From contig CAYJLA010000003.1 in assembly GCA_964371305.1 (NCBI GenBank), positions 2,578 to 66,577 of the forward strand: DNA of 64,000 nt, in the 5' to 3' direction. Below the pieces are notes generated by a model. The model did no database searches. It saw only the letters and a program-made list of their open reading frames with translations, and had not been told where the DNA came from. The position numbers and the translations under genes were made by a program. Below, piece after piece: positions 27,910 through 37,270 of the stretch (the stretch's first letter is position 1; each line of letters starts with the position of its first letter). The DNA comes from an uncultured Staphylococcaceae bacterium (GTDB lineage: Bacteria > Bacillota_I > Bacilli_A > RFN20 > CAG-826).

Positions 27910-28707
27910 ATGAATGAAGTAATTAAATTATTCTTATTTATTTTAGTGCCAGTTCTTGGATTAGTTATTGGGTCGTTTTTAAATGTTGTTATTTATCGCT
28001 TGCCTAAAGAAATGTCATTAGCAACACCTCCATCTACATGCCCAAAATGTGAGCATAAAATAACTTGGTATGAGAATATACCGGTTATTAGTTGGATATT
28101 CTTACGTGGTAAATGCAGTCAATGCAAAAACCCAATCTCTCCTATATATCCGTTTGTTGAGTTATTAAATGGCGGTTTATGGATTGCTTCATTATTTATA
28201 TTTATTAATAATCCTTATTTTATAATATTATCTTGTTTGATGTCTTCAATATTGATATGTATATTCTTTATTGACTTAAAGCACATGGTTATTCACGACA
28301 TCATGCTTATTTTATTATTGATAATTGGAATTGCATCATTTTTATTCCCTGAGATGATTTCTACAACAGATAGAGTAATTGGCTTTGCTGTTGGTGGAGG
28401 TTTCTTATTGTTACTATATGTTTTATTTTTGGTACTTACTAAAAAAGAAGCTGTGGGAATAGGAGATATATTTTTAATGGCTATTGGAGGTTTAATCCTT
28501 GGATGGTGGGGCATAATTATTGCATATGGTATCGCTTCAATCACATCGTTAATAGCAATTATAGTCATAAGTATAGTTAAAAAAAGAAAGGGCGAAGAGT
28601 CAGTAGAACATTTTCCATTTGCGCCATATTTGGTAGTGGGAATAGTAACCGCATTATTTTTGATTCAATTACCGGTTATTAGCGATGTTTTTATAGGTAT
28701 ATTTTAA
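27910..28707 (+). CDS. pilD: prepilin peptidase (A24 family, PilD/ComC)
   Basis: N-terminal tetracysteine CPKCEH...CSQCKN, a polytopic membrane domain, and a conserved catalytic Asp context (FFIDLKHMVIHD). Confidence 0.85.
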   Translation: MNEVIKLFLFILVPVLGLVIGSFLNVVIYRLPKEMSLATPPSTCPKCEHKITWYENIPVISWIFLRGKCSQCKNPISPIYPFVELLNGGLWIASLFIFINNPYFIILSCLMSSILICIFFIDLKHMVIHDIMLILLLIIGIASFLFPEMISTTDRVIGFAVGGGFLLLLYVLFLVLTKKEAVGIGDIFLMAIGGLILGWWGIIIAYGIASITSLIAIIVISIVKKRKGEESVEHFPFAPYLVVGIVTALFLIQLPVISDVFIGIF

Positions 28708-28720
28708 GAGGTAAAAAATT

Positions 28721-29926
28721 ATGAAAAAATTTAAGTATACAGCAATAGATATTAATAAGAAGAAGTATAGTGGTGTTTTCTTATCTAAATCCGAAGAAGA
28801 TTTAAGACAAGAATTAGCTGAACAAGGATACTATATTGTAAAGTGTAAGGAGGTTTCTAAAAAACCTGCTAATTCATTCTTTACATTATCAGGTAGTGTT
28901 AAAAGATCTGAATTAACTGCGTTCGCTCGTCAATTAGCTATTTTGATCAACTCAAACATTTCTATCATTAAATCTTTTGATGTTTTAATGGAGCAAGAGT
29001 ACTCAACATATTTAAAAAATATTATTGGTAAGCTTAAAGAAGATGTTAAATCAGGTCTACTATTATCTCAAGCGTTAAATAAATATAAATCAATCTTCCC
29101 AGACTTCTTTAGAAGTATGGTGCATATTGGCGAAATTTCATCTAACTTACCAAAAGTTCTTGTTAATATTGCTGATTACTATGAAGCAGATTTAAGAACA
29201 AGAAAGAAAGTTAAGGCAGCATTAACATATCCTATTTTGATTATTGCGCTTCTTGTATTAGTAATGGCAGCTATTTTATTATTTGTTATCCCAACATTTA
29301 CTGCTCAATTTGCTACATTAGATATTGATATGCCTGAAATCACACTTGCTGTTATGAACATGTCTGATTTCTTTGTTGCAAACTGGTATTTTATCTTTGG
29401 TGGCATTATATTAATTATCGCTATCATGTATGGATTAAAATACACGGCAGGTGGAAGAATGTTCTATGCTAGAATTGCATTTAAGTTGCCAATTGCAGGC
29501 AAAATAAACATGGCACTTTACACATCTAGATTTGCTAAATCATTTTCATTACTTATAGACTCTGGTATGGATATTATGCAAGCTCTAACTAATACACAAA
29601 TTATTCTAACTAATATTCATTTGAAGAAAGAGTTTACAAACGTTATTGAAGCTGTTAAAAAAGGTAATTCACTTTCATCTTCAATTTCAAGATATATGCC
29701 ATTTTCAAATATCCTCAACCAAATGCTTACAGTAGGTGAGGAAACTGGCGATATTTCAAGTATTTTACTTTCAACTTGTCCTTACTTTGATGACCAAGTT
29801 GAAAAAACATTAGGCAGTATTACTAGCGTTATTCAACCAGCAATTTTATTAATTACTGGTGTTGTTGTCGCAGTATTATTTATAGCAGTTTATGCACCAA
29901 TTTTACAATTGGTAACAGACTTATAA
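28721..29926 (+). CDS. pilC: type II secretion/type IV pilus platform protein (GspF/PilC/ComGB family)
   Basis: 401 aa with duplicated T2SSF domains and 3 TM segments. Confidence 0.85.
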   Translation: MKKFKYTAIDINKKKYSGVFLSKSEEDLRQELAEQGYYIVKCKEVSKKPANSFFTLSGSVKRSELTAFARQLAILINSNISIIKSFDVLMEQEYSTYLKNIIGKLKEDVKSGLLLSQALNKYKSIFPDFFRSMVHIGEISSNLPKVLVNIADYYEADLRTRKKVKAALTYPILIIALLVLVMAAILLFVIPTFTAQFATLDIDMPEITLAVMNMSDFFVANWYFIFGGIILIIAIMYGLKYTAGGRMFYARIAFKLPIAGKINMALYTSRFAKSFSLLIDSGMDIMQALTNTQIILTNIHLKKEFTNVIEAVKKGNSLSSSISRYMPFSNILNQMLTVGEETGDISSILLSTCPYFDDQVEKTLGSITSVIQPAILLITGVVVAVLFIAVYAPILQLVTDL

Positions 29927-29939
29927 TGGAGGTTCAAAT

Positions 29940-31625
29940 ATGAATTTAAACAATATTTATGCAGCGTTTTTTAGAAAAAATCGCTTACTACCTACGGCTG
30001 TTCTTAAGAAAATGGTCAATAATACAAATTTAACAAAGTCGAGTTTGGTGTCAGATATTTTAGTTGCTCACCCTACACTTGAAACAAAAATCGCATCATC
30101 GATTGCAGATATGCTTAATATTCCGTTTGTTGAACCAGGTATTATTACAATCGATAAAAAATTAGTCGAAAACTTTTCGTTTTCATTTTTAAAACGTCAC
30201 TCAGTTTTACCTTTAATGATTACAGAAGATAACATTCTTATCGTTGCCATTTCAGATTTGACAGATGTATCAATTTGTAACAAAGTTAATATGAATTTTG
30301 ATGGAAGAATTGAGTTTGTTTTCTCATCAAGAAGTGATATTAATAAAGAAATCGCTTCATTTGAGTCCATGCAAGATACTGCGCAAGCTCTTGAAGATAT
30401 TATCGAAGAAAAAGCTGATGATGATGCAGCGAAACCAGAAGTGTATGAAAATCCACTAGATACATTAAATGCACCTTCCGTTAAGCTTGTTGATTCTATT
30501 ATTCGTGAATCTATTCCTTTTAGAACATCCGATATCCACGTTGAGCCTGGAGAAAACGGTGTTGTAGTTAGATACCGTATTGATGGTGAGTTATATGAAA
30601 GGGCAAATTTCCCAGTGGAAGTATTCCCTTCAGTTGCTGCTCGTATTAAAATTATGGCACAATTAAATATCGCAGAAAGACGTTTGCCACAAGATGGACG
30701 TATACGTTTAATGATCAACGAAACAGAGTATGATTTCCGTGTATCTACAATTCCAACAGTTCATGGAGAAAAATTCGTTCTTAGAATTCTTGATAAATCA
30801 ATTTTCTATTTGACTCGTAGTCAATTAGGATTTACGCCTGAATCAAATGAAAAAATTGATAAAATATTATTGAATCCACATGGTATCATCCTTCTTACAG
30901 GTCCTACTGGTTGTGGTAAAACAACTACATTATATTCTTTCTTAAAAGAGTTGAACAAACCAACAACAAACACCGTGACTGTTGAAGATCCTGTTGAATA
31001 CTCAATGAAAGGTGTTAACCAAGTTCAAGTCAATCCTGCTAGTGGATTTACCTTTGCAACCGCATTGCGTGCTATTGTCCGTCAGGATCCAGACGTAATA
31101 ATGGTCGGGGAAATTCGTGACGAAGAAACCGCTCAAATCGCTTCTCGTGCTGCGATTACTGGTCACCTTGTTTTGTCAACACTTCATACTAATGATGCTG
31201 CTGGTGCTGTAATCCGTCTTGTAGATATGGGAATTCCATCATATCTTGTTGCCGACTCACTTGCGGGCGTTATTTCTCAACGTCTTGTTAAGAGACTTTG
31301 TCCTAAGTGTCGTAAGAAATATACTGCTTCTCCTGGAGATGCTAAAGTATTAGGCTTAACTACTAGACCATCATTATTTAAAAAGCAAGGTTGTAACTAT
31401 TGCGACTTTACTGGATATAGAGGTCGTATCGCTGTTCATGAAATCATGGAAATCAACGACGAAATTAGAACTGCAATTACAAGACCAAACATTACAATTA
31501 CTAAATTACAACAAGTTGCAATTGATAATGGTATGAAAACATTGTTTAATGCTACTAAAGAGCTTGTTCTTGATGGTGTAATCTCATTAAGCGAATTAGT
31601 TAGAGTAGTTGTTGAAGACGAATAG
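29940..31625 (+). CDS. pilB: type IV pilus assembly ATPase (GspE/PilB/ComGA family)
   Basis: Walker A GPTGCGKTT, an Asp box, His box (LSTLHTNDAAG), Walker B (IMVGEIRD) and a C-terminal tetracysteine CPKC...CNYC. Confidence 0.9.
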   Translation: MNLNNIYAAFFRKNRLLPTAVLKKMVNNTNLTKSSLVSDILVAHPTLETKIASSIADMLNIPFVEPGIITIDKKLVENFSFSFLKRHSVLPLMITEDNILIVAISDLTDVSICNKVNMNFDGRIEFVFSSRSDINKEIASFESMQDTAQALEDIIEEKADDDAAKPEVYENPLDTLNAPSVKLVDSIIRESIPFRTSDIHVEPGENGVVVRYRIDGELYERANFPVEVFPSVAARIKIMAQLNIAERRLPQDGRIRLMINETEYDFRVSTIPTVHGEKFVLRILDKSIFYLTRSQLGFTPESNEKIDKILLNPHGIILLTGPTGCGKTTTLYSFLKELNKPTTNTVTVEDPVEYSMKGVNQVQVNPASGFTFATALRAIVRQDPDVIMVGEIRDEETAQIASRAAITGHLVLSTLHTNDAAGAVIRLVDMGIPSYLVADSLAGVISQRLVKRLCPKCRKKYTASPGDAKVLGLTTRPSLFKKQGCNYCDFTGYRGRIAVHEIMEINDEIRTAITRPNITITKLQQVAIDNGMKTLFNATKELVLDGVISLSELVRVVVEDE

Positions 31626-31633
31626 ATTTGTAT

Positions 31634-31661
31634 AAAGGTTTCGTAATAGAAACCTTTTTTC
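31634..31661 (+). terminator. rho-independent terminator after pilB
   Basis: Hairpin AAAGGTTTC-gtaata-GAAACCTTT followed by TTTT. Confidence 0.7.
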
Positions 31662-31692
31662 TTATCATTTAAAAAAATGATATAATGTAAAT

Positions 31693-32628
31693 ATGAATAA
31701 TAAAATAAATTTGATATTAGATTTTGATCCAGGACATGATGATGCGATCGCATTAATGGTAGCGTCAAAAAACTGCAAAATTAACTTACTTGGAATTACT
31801 GTAGTTTCTGGTAACCAAACTATTGAAAAAGTAACTAGAAACGCTTTAAATTTAGTTGATTACTTAAATATTGATGCTGAGGTATATCAAGGGGTTACTC
31901 AACCTCTTATTAAAGAAGTTGAAGTGTGTTCCGCCATACATGGAGAAAGTGGCTTAGACGGCTTTGATTTTCCGTCACATAAAAAAGTAGTTTCAAAAGT
32001 AAAAGCCTGGGACTACATAATTGATCAATGTTTAAGAGATAAAGATATTACTTTAGTAACTTGTGGGCCATTGACTAATATTGCCTTAGCTTTAAAACTC
32101 GAACCTAACATAAAAAATAATATAAAGGAAATTGTAATGATGGGCGGTAGTATGGAACATGGAAACGTTACACCTGCTGCAGAATTCAATATCTTTTGCG
32201 ACCCAGAAGCAGCGCATATAGTGTTTAGTAGTGGTATTAATATTAAAATGATAGGATTGGATGTTACAAGAAAAGTAAAAGTATATTCATCAATAATCGA
32301 TAAGTTTTCTACAATAAAAAATAATGCTGGTGAGTTATTTGTTTCTCTTATGAAAGTGTTTAATGAAAATCAATTGAAAGTTTTTGGTTTCGACGGTGCA
32401 CCTCTTCACGATCCATGCACTGTTGTAGCACTATTAGATAAAGATGTTGTGAAGTTTGAAAAAATGAATGTGGAAATAGATATCTCACATCTGTCAAGTT
32501 ATGGCAGAACTAACTGCGATAGATTCGATTATTTAAAAAAGGCGCAGAACGCCTTTGTTGCAACCGATATAAACATCGATAAATACTGGGATTTAATCTT
32601 TAATCATCTAAAAGATTACTCTTGCTAA
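31693..32628 (+). CDS. inosine-uridine-preferring nucleoside hydrolase
   Basis: N-terminal LDFDPGHDDAIAL (the DxDxxxDD calcium/ribose-binding motif of IU-NH). Confidence 0.85.
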   Translation: MNNKINLILDFDPGHDDAIALMVASKNCKINLLGITVVSGNQTIEKVTRNALNLVDYLNIDAEVYQGVTQPLIKEVEVCSAIHGESGLDGFDFPSHKKVVSKVKAWDYIIDQCLRDKDITLVTCGPLTNIALALKLEPNIKNNIKEIVMMGGSMEHGNVTPAAEFNIFCDPEAAHIVFSSGINIKMIGLDVTRKVKVYSSIIDKFSTIKNNAGELFVSLMKVFNENQLKVFGFDGAPLHDPCTVVALLDKDVVKFEKMNVEIDISHLSSYGRTNCDRFDYLKKAQNAFVATDINIDKYWDLIFNHLKDYSC

Positions 32629-33306
32629 TTACTTTTTAACTTTTTTTACACCATGTAATATATCATTGAGTTTAGTAATACATTTTTGATTACCTACTAC
32701 GTATAAAATATCACCGGCTTTAATTGTATTTTCACCTTTAGGAGAAATTGTTACGTTATCACGAGTTAATAAAACAATATTTGCATCATATTTATTTCTT
32801 GGATCTAAATCATGAATTGTTAGTTCCTTAAAGTCATCTCCAACAATAACTTTGACAACGGAGAATTCACCAGATAATTCATAAAAATCTAAGAAGTCTT
32901 TATTTGATAATCTATTTGCTAAACCACGTCCAGCAAATTTAAGTGGGTAAATGATTTGTGTAGCGCCTAATTTTAATAAAACATTACCATAATAATCATC
33001 ATCAACTCTTACTATAATGTTTGGAACATTAAGGCTTTTTACGTGTATTGTTGCAAGAATAGTGGCTTGAATATTATCGCCGAAGGCAATAATTGCATCT
33101 GTAATGTTAGAGATATCTAATTCTTCAAGCGCCTTCTCGTCAGTAGCATCAGCAATAAATACAAGTGGCGAAAATTTCGAAGCTTTTCTTACTCTTTCTT
33201 CACTAACATCAATTGCTATTACTTCCTTATTCAGACGTGATAATTCCTGAACAACAGAGATTCCAAAATCCCCTAAACCAATTACAGCGTATGTTCTTTT
33301 TTCCAT
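32629..33306 (-). CDS. ktrA: Trk/Ktr potassium uptake NAD-binding subunit
   Basis: RCK_N Rossmann motif VIGLGDFG plus an RCK_C domain. Confidence 0.8.
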   Translation of the reverse strand: MEKRTYAVIGLGDFGISVVQELSRLNKEVIAIDVSEERVRKASKFSPLVFIADATDEKALEELDISNITDAIIAFGDNIQATILATIHVKSLNVPNIIVRVDDDYYGNVLLKLGATQIIYPLKFAGRGLANRLSNKDFLDFYELSGEFSVVKVIVGDDFKELTIHDLDPRNKYDANIVLLTRDNVTISPKGENTIKAGDILYVVGNQKCITKLNDILHGVKKVKK

Positions 33307-33317
33307 ATTTAATCCTC

Positions 33318-34703
33318 CTATCCGATTAATATATTCTCTTCAAGTAATTTATAATGTGTTTCTTCATCTTTTTCCATAGAACTATTAAAAACACAAATTA
33401 AAGTCATAGGTCCTAGACGACCAAAAAACATTAATAAACAGATAATAATTTGACTCGCCATTGAAAAATGACTAGTTACACCCATTGATAATCCAACAGT
33501 TCCAAATGCACTAAAACATTCGAATAATACATGTATTCCGCCATCTACTTGATTGTTTAATACTATGTTATTTTGTTCAATTGCCGTAATGACAAAGAAA
33601 GAAACGAAAATAGCAATAAGAGCTAATATAATAAGAGACATAGAACGTGTAATCATTTTCGATGAAAGTCTTCTATTAAAAAGTGCTACGTTTTTGCCAC
33701 GAATAAACCTATACAAGGTGTAAAGTACTATAAATATAGTAGTGGTCTTAACACCACCAGCTGTAGATAGTGGTGAGGCACCTGTAAACATGAGAGTCAT
33801 AGTTACTATTTGTGATGATAGAGATAAGTCACTTTGAGGGTATGTAGAAAACCCAGCTGTTCTAGTTGTTACAGATTGGAACAATGCTTGAAGAGGTGTC
33901 ATTGATCCCCATTCAAGTACTAAAAACATCAAAAAACCAATGACGATCAAAGAAACAGTCATAAATAAAACTATTTTTGTATATGTAGAAAAGAATTTCA
34001 ATTTTTTATTTTTATGAATATCTATATAAACTAAAAAACCAATACCCCCACATATAATAAGTAACATAGTTATGATATTTAAATAAATGCTATTAGCTAA
34101 TATACTTGCTTCAAAACTACTTGCTCCTAATATGTCAAAACCAGCATTATTAAATGCACTTATGGAATGAAAAAAGGAATACATAAACGCATTACCGATT
34201 GGTTCTCCTATCTGGTTTACGTAAGGAATAAAAGCTCCTAAATACAAAATAAAACCTAAAAGTTCAAAACTTAATGATATAAGTACAACTTTAAGAGCGA
34301 ACCCACCCAAACCTCGTAAAGAATCAAAATTTAAAGCTTTTGAGATTGTAAAGCGATCGTAAAAACCTAATTTTCTTCCAAAAACAGTGATTAAAGAAAC
34401 AAAAATTGTAACAAATCCCAATCCACCGATTTGTATTAATAAAGCAATCATTACTTGTCCAAACGTAGAGTATGTTTGTCCAACATTAACAACACTTAAA
34501 CCGGTTACGCACACTGCACTAGTTGACGTAAAAAAAGCTGTCATCACATTTCCCCATTGACCATTTATATGAGATATAGGTAAAGATAACAAAAATGCTC
34601 CTAATAATATAACAATAAAGAAACTAAGAAATACAATTAGATATGGGCTTTTTATGCGTTTTGTTTTAGTTTTCATATTTTGTATAACAAAATGATAATC
34701 CAT
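33318..34703 (-). CDS. ktrB: Trk/Ktr potassium uptake membrane subunit
   Basis: TrkH family protein with repeated selectivity-filter-like GxG loops (TGLS, GGLGF, GFST, GTVGLS). Confidence 0.8.
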   Translation of the reverse strand: MDYHFVIQNMKTKTKRIKSPYLIVFLSFFIVILLGAFLLSLPISHINGQWGNVMTAFFTSTSAVCVTGLSVVNVGQTYSTFGQVMIALLIQIGGLGFVTIFVSLITVFGRKLGFYDRFTISKALNFDSLRGLGGFALKVVLISLSFELLGFILYLGAFIPYVNQIGEPIGNAFMYSFFHSISAFNNAGFDILGASSFEASILANSIYLNIITMLLIICGGIGFLVYIDIHKNKKLKFFSTYTKIVLFMTVSLIVIGFLMFLVLEWGSMTPLQALFQSVTTRTAGFSTYPQSDLSLSSQIVTMTLMFTGASPLSTAGGVKTTTIFIVLYTLYRFIRGKNVALFNRRLSSKMITRSMSLIILALIAIFVSFFVITAIEQNNIVLNNQVDGGIHVLFECFSAFGTVGLSMGVTSHFSMASQIIICLLMFFGRLGPMTLICVFNSSMEKDEETHYKLLEENILIG

Positions 34704-34852
34704 TACAATATTAATGTCTATTAAATTGTGTTCTTATTTATTTAATGATATCGAAATATTGTTTAAAAATGCTGTTTTTATCAATAAATTTAACAAAAAA
34801 TATAAAGTCACTTTTTTACTTTAATTTCAAAATAAAATAACGCATTTTTTTG

Positions 34853-34881
34853 TTGAATTGATGAATACTTATATATAAAAT
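34853..34881 (+). promoter_or_regulatory. sigma70 promoter of the hydrogenase operon (TTGAAT-17-TAAAAT)
   Basis: -35 at 34853-34858 and -10 at 34876-34881. RBS GGAGGA at 34894-34899 precedes the ATG at 34904. Confidence 0.5.
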
Positions 34882-34903
34882 ATATATAGTTACGGAGGAC
34901 ATT

Positions 34904-35395
34904 ATGTCAAATATTCAAGCTCACGCAAAAAAACAAATATTGGAAATTTGCAATCGTTACGTTAATGAAAGAACTCCACTAATGATGATTTTATCAGCAG
35001 TGCAGGAAGAGTATGGTTATATACCAATTGAAGTACAAGAAGTTATCTCTGATGCTACAGGTATTCCTGTTGCAGAAATCTTTGGTGTTGTAACATTTTA
35101 TTCATTTTTCTCATTAACTCCAAAAGGAAAATACGTCATAGGCGTATGTTTAGGAACTGCCTGCTATGTTAAAGGTGGTCAAAATGTAATTGAAAAATTT
35201 ACAGAATTAACAGGTGCTAAACCTGGTAAAACTACAGAAGACGGTTTGTTTACTGTTGATGCATTACGCTGCATTGGAGCATGTGGTATTGCGCCAGCTG
35301 TCACAATTAATGGTAAAGTTTATCCAAAAGTTAAACTTGAACAAATTCCATCAATCGTGAAATCTTATAAAGATATGGAGGTAAACAATGGTTAA
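34904..35395 (+). CDS. hydC: [FeFe]-hydrogenase NuoE-like 2Fe-2S subunit (HydC/HndA)
   Basis: Thioredoxin-like [2Fe-2S] cysteines CLGTACYV...CIGACGIAP. Confidence 0.8.
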   Translation: MSNIQAHAKKQILEICNRYVNERTPLMMILSAVQEEYGYIPIEVQEVISDATGIPVAEIFGVVTFYSFFSLTPKGKYVIGVCLGTACYVKGGQNVIEKFTELTGAKPGKTTEDGLFTVDALRCIGACGIAPAVTINGKVYPKVKLEQIPSIVKSYKDMEVNNG

Positions 35396-37253
35396 GTCAA
35401 AAATCGAGCTAAATACTCTTATAGAAAAAAGCACTAATGATATAAATGCAAAGTTTGATGGTTCAAATGGGAAAAGAGCTATCTTAATCTGCGGAGGGAC
35501 AGGTTGTTTATCATCTGAATCCCAATTAATACTTGATGAATTTCATTTACTTATAAAAGAAAATAAATTAGAAGATAAAGTAACTGCTAACTTTGTTGGT
35601 TGTTTTGGATTTTGCTCACAAGGTCCTTTTGTAAAAATCATGCCAGAAGGCACACTTTATAGATTAGTTACTGTAAAGAACGTTCAAAGAATAGTGGAAT
35701 CTGACTTATTAAATAATGAGATTTGTGATGAATTGCTATATGTTGATCCAATAACTAAATATAAAACACAAAGACAAGAGGAAATGACTTTCTACAAAAA
35801 GCAATCACGTATTGCATTACATGGTTGTGGCGTTATTGACTCAGAAAAAATCGAAGAAGCATTAGGCTATGGCGCATTTCAAGGTTTAATGAGAGCGCTT
35901 GAAATGAAACCGCAAGAAGTTATTAATGAAGTTTTAGCTTCAGGACTAAGAGGTCGTGGTGGTGCCGGTTTCCCTACTGGTAGAAAATGGCAATTTGCTT
36001 TAGATCAAAATAATGAAGAAAAATATGTTGTTTGTAATGGTGATGAAGGAGATCCAGGTGCATTCATGGATCGTTCTATATTAGAAGGAAATCCTCTTGC
36101 AGTTATTGAAGGTATGATGATTGCTGGGTATGCTATTGGCGCTAAAAATGGTTATTTCTACGTTAGAGCTGAATATCCAATTGCGATTGGTAGATTATCA
36201 AAAGCGATTAAACAAGCTGAAGAATTAGGTTTATTAGGAGACAATATTCTAGGAACTGGATTCTCATTTAGATGTCATATTCGTTTAGGAGCTGGTGCAT
36301 TTGTTTGTGGTGAAGAAACTGCATTATTAAACTCAATTGAAGGTAAACGTGGTATGCCACGTCCTAGACCTCCATTCCCTGCTGTTAGTGGATTATGGGG
36401 AAAACCTACAATTATCAACAACGTTGAATCACTCGTATGTATTCCATATATTTTAAGAGAAGGTGCTGAAGCATTTTCTAAAGTTGGTACTGCCGATTCT
36501 AAAGGTACAAAAGTATTTGCCCTTGGTGGTAAAATTAATAACGTTGGACTTGTAGAAGTGCCAATGGGAACAACATTAAGAGAATTAATCTACGATATTG
36601 GTGGTGGAATTCCTGATGGTAAGAAATTTAAAGCTATTCAAACTGGCGGCCCAAGCGGTGGTTGTTTAACAGAAGCTGACTTAGATACACCAATTGATTT
36701 TGGAAACTTAGTTGCTGCTGGATCTATGATGGGTTCAGGTGGTGCTATCGTTATGGATGAAGATAACTGTATGGTTGACGTTGCAAAATTCTATATGGAA
36801 TTTATATGTGATGAATCATGTGGTAAGTGTTCTCCTTGTAGAATAGGTACAAAGCGTATTTTAGAACTACTTACTTCTATTACTGAAGGTAAAGGTACAA
36901 TGAAAACTCTTGATGAACTCATTGAGTTATCTGAATCTGTTAAAACTGGTAGTTTATGTGGTTTAGGTCAAACTGCAGCAAATCCAATTTTATCAACAAT
37001 AGGAAAGTTTAAAGATGAATATATTGCTCACATCGTAGATAAAAAATGTTCTGCTGGTGTTTGTAAGAGTTTAATGGAATATTACATTATTCCAGAAGCA
37101 TGTAAAAAATGTTCAAAATGCGAAAAAGCATGTCCTGTTAACGCTATTAGTGGTGTTATTGGTAAAGAACCATATGTTATTGATCAAGCAAAATGTATTA
37201 AATGTGGTATGTGTATAAGTTCATGCCCATTCAAGGCTATCATAACACGTTAG
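35388..37253 (+). CDS. hydB: [FeFe]-hydrogenase NuoF-like NAD(P)H/FMN-binding subunit (HydB/HndC)
   Basis: 621 aa. It has an N-terminal 2Fe-2S thioredoxin-like domain, an FMN/NADH-binding core (GRGGAGFPTGRKW, CNGDEGDPGAFMDR), a SLCGLGQ 4Fe-4S site and two C-terminal CxxCxxCxxxCP ferredoxin motifs. Confidence 0.85.
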   Translation: MVKSKIELNTLIEKSTNDINAKFDGSNGKRAILICGGTGCLSSESQLILDEFHLLIKENKLEDKVTANFVGCFGFCSQGPFVKIMPEGTLYRLVTVKNVQRIVESDLLNNEICDELLYVDPITKYKTQRQEEMTFYKKQSRIALHGCGVIDSEKIEEALGYGAFQGLMRALEMKPQEVINEVLASGLRGRGGAGFPTGRKWQFALDQNNEEKYVVCNGDEGDPGAFMDRSILEGNPLAVIEGMMIAGYAIGAKNGYFYVRAEYPIAIGRLSKAIKQAEELGLLGDNILGTGFSFRCHIRLGAGAFVCGEETALLNSIEGKRGMPRPRPPFPAVSGLWGKPTIINNVESLVCIPYILREGAEAFSKVGTADSKGTKVFALGGKINNVGLVEVPMGTTLRELIYDIGGGIPDGKKFKAIQTGGPSGGCLTEADLDTPIDFGNLVAAGSMMGSGGAIVMDEDNCMVDVAKFYMEFICDESCGKCSPCRIGTKRILELLTSITEGKGTMKTLDELIELSESVKTGSLCGLGQTAANPILSTIGKFKDEYIAHIVDKKCSAGVCKSLMEYYIIPEACKKCSKCEKACPVNAISGVIGKEPYVIDQAKCIKCGMCISSCPFKAIITR

Positions 37254-37270
37254 TAAGGGAGAAAATTATT

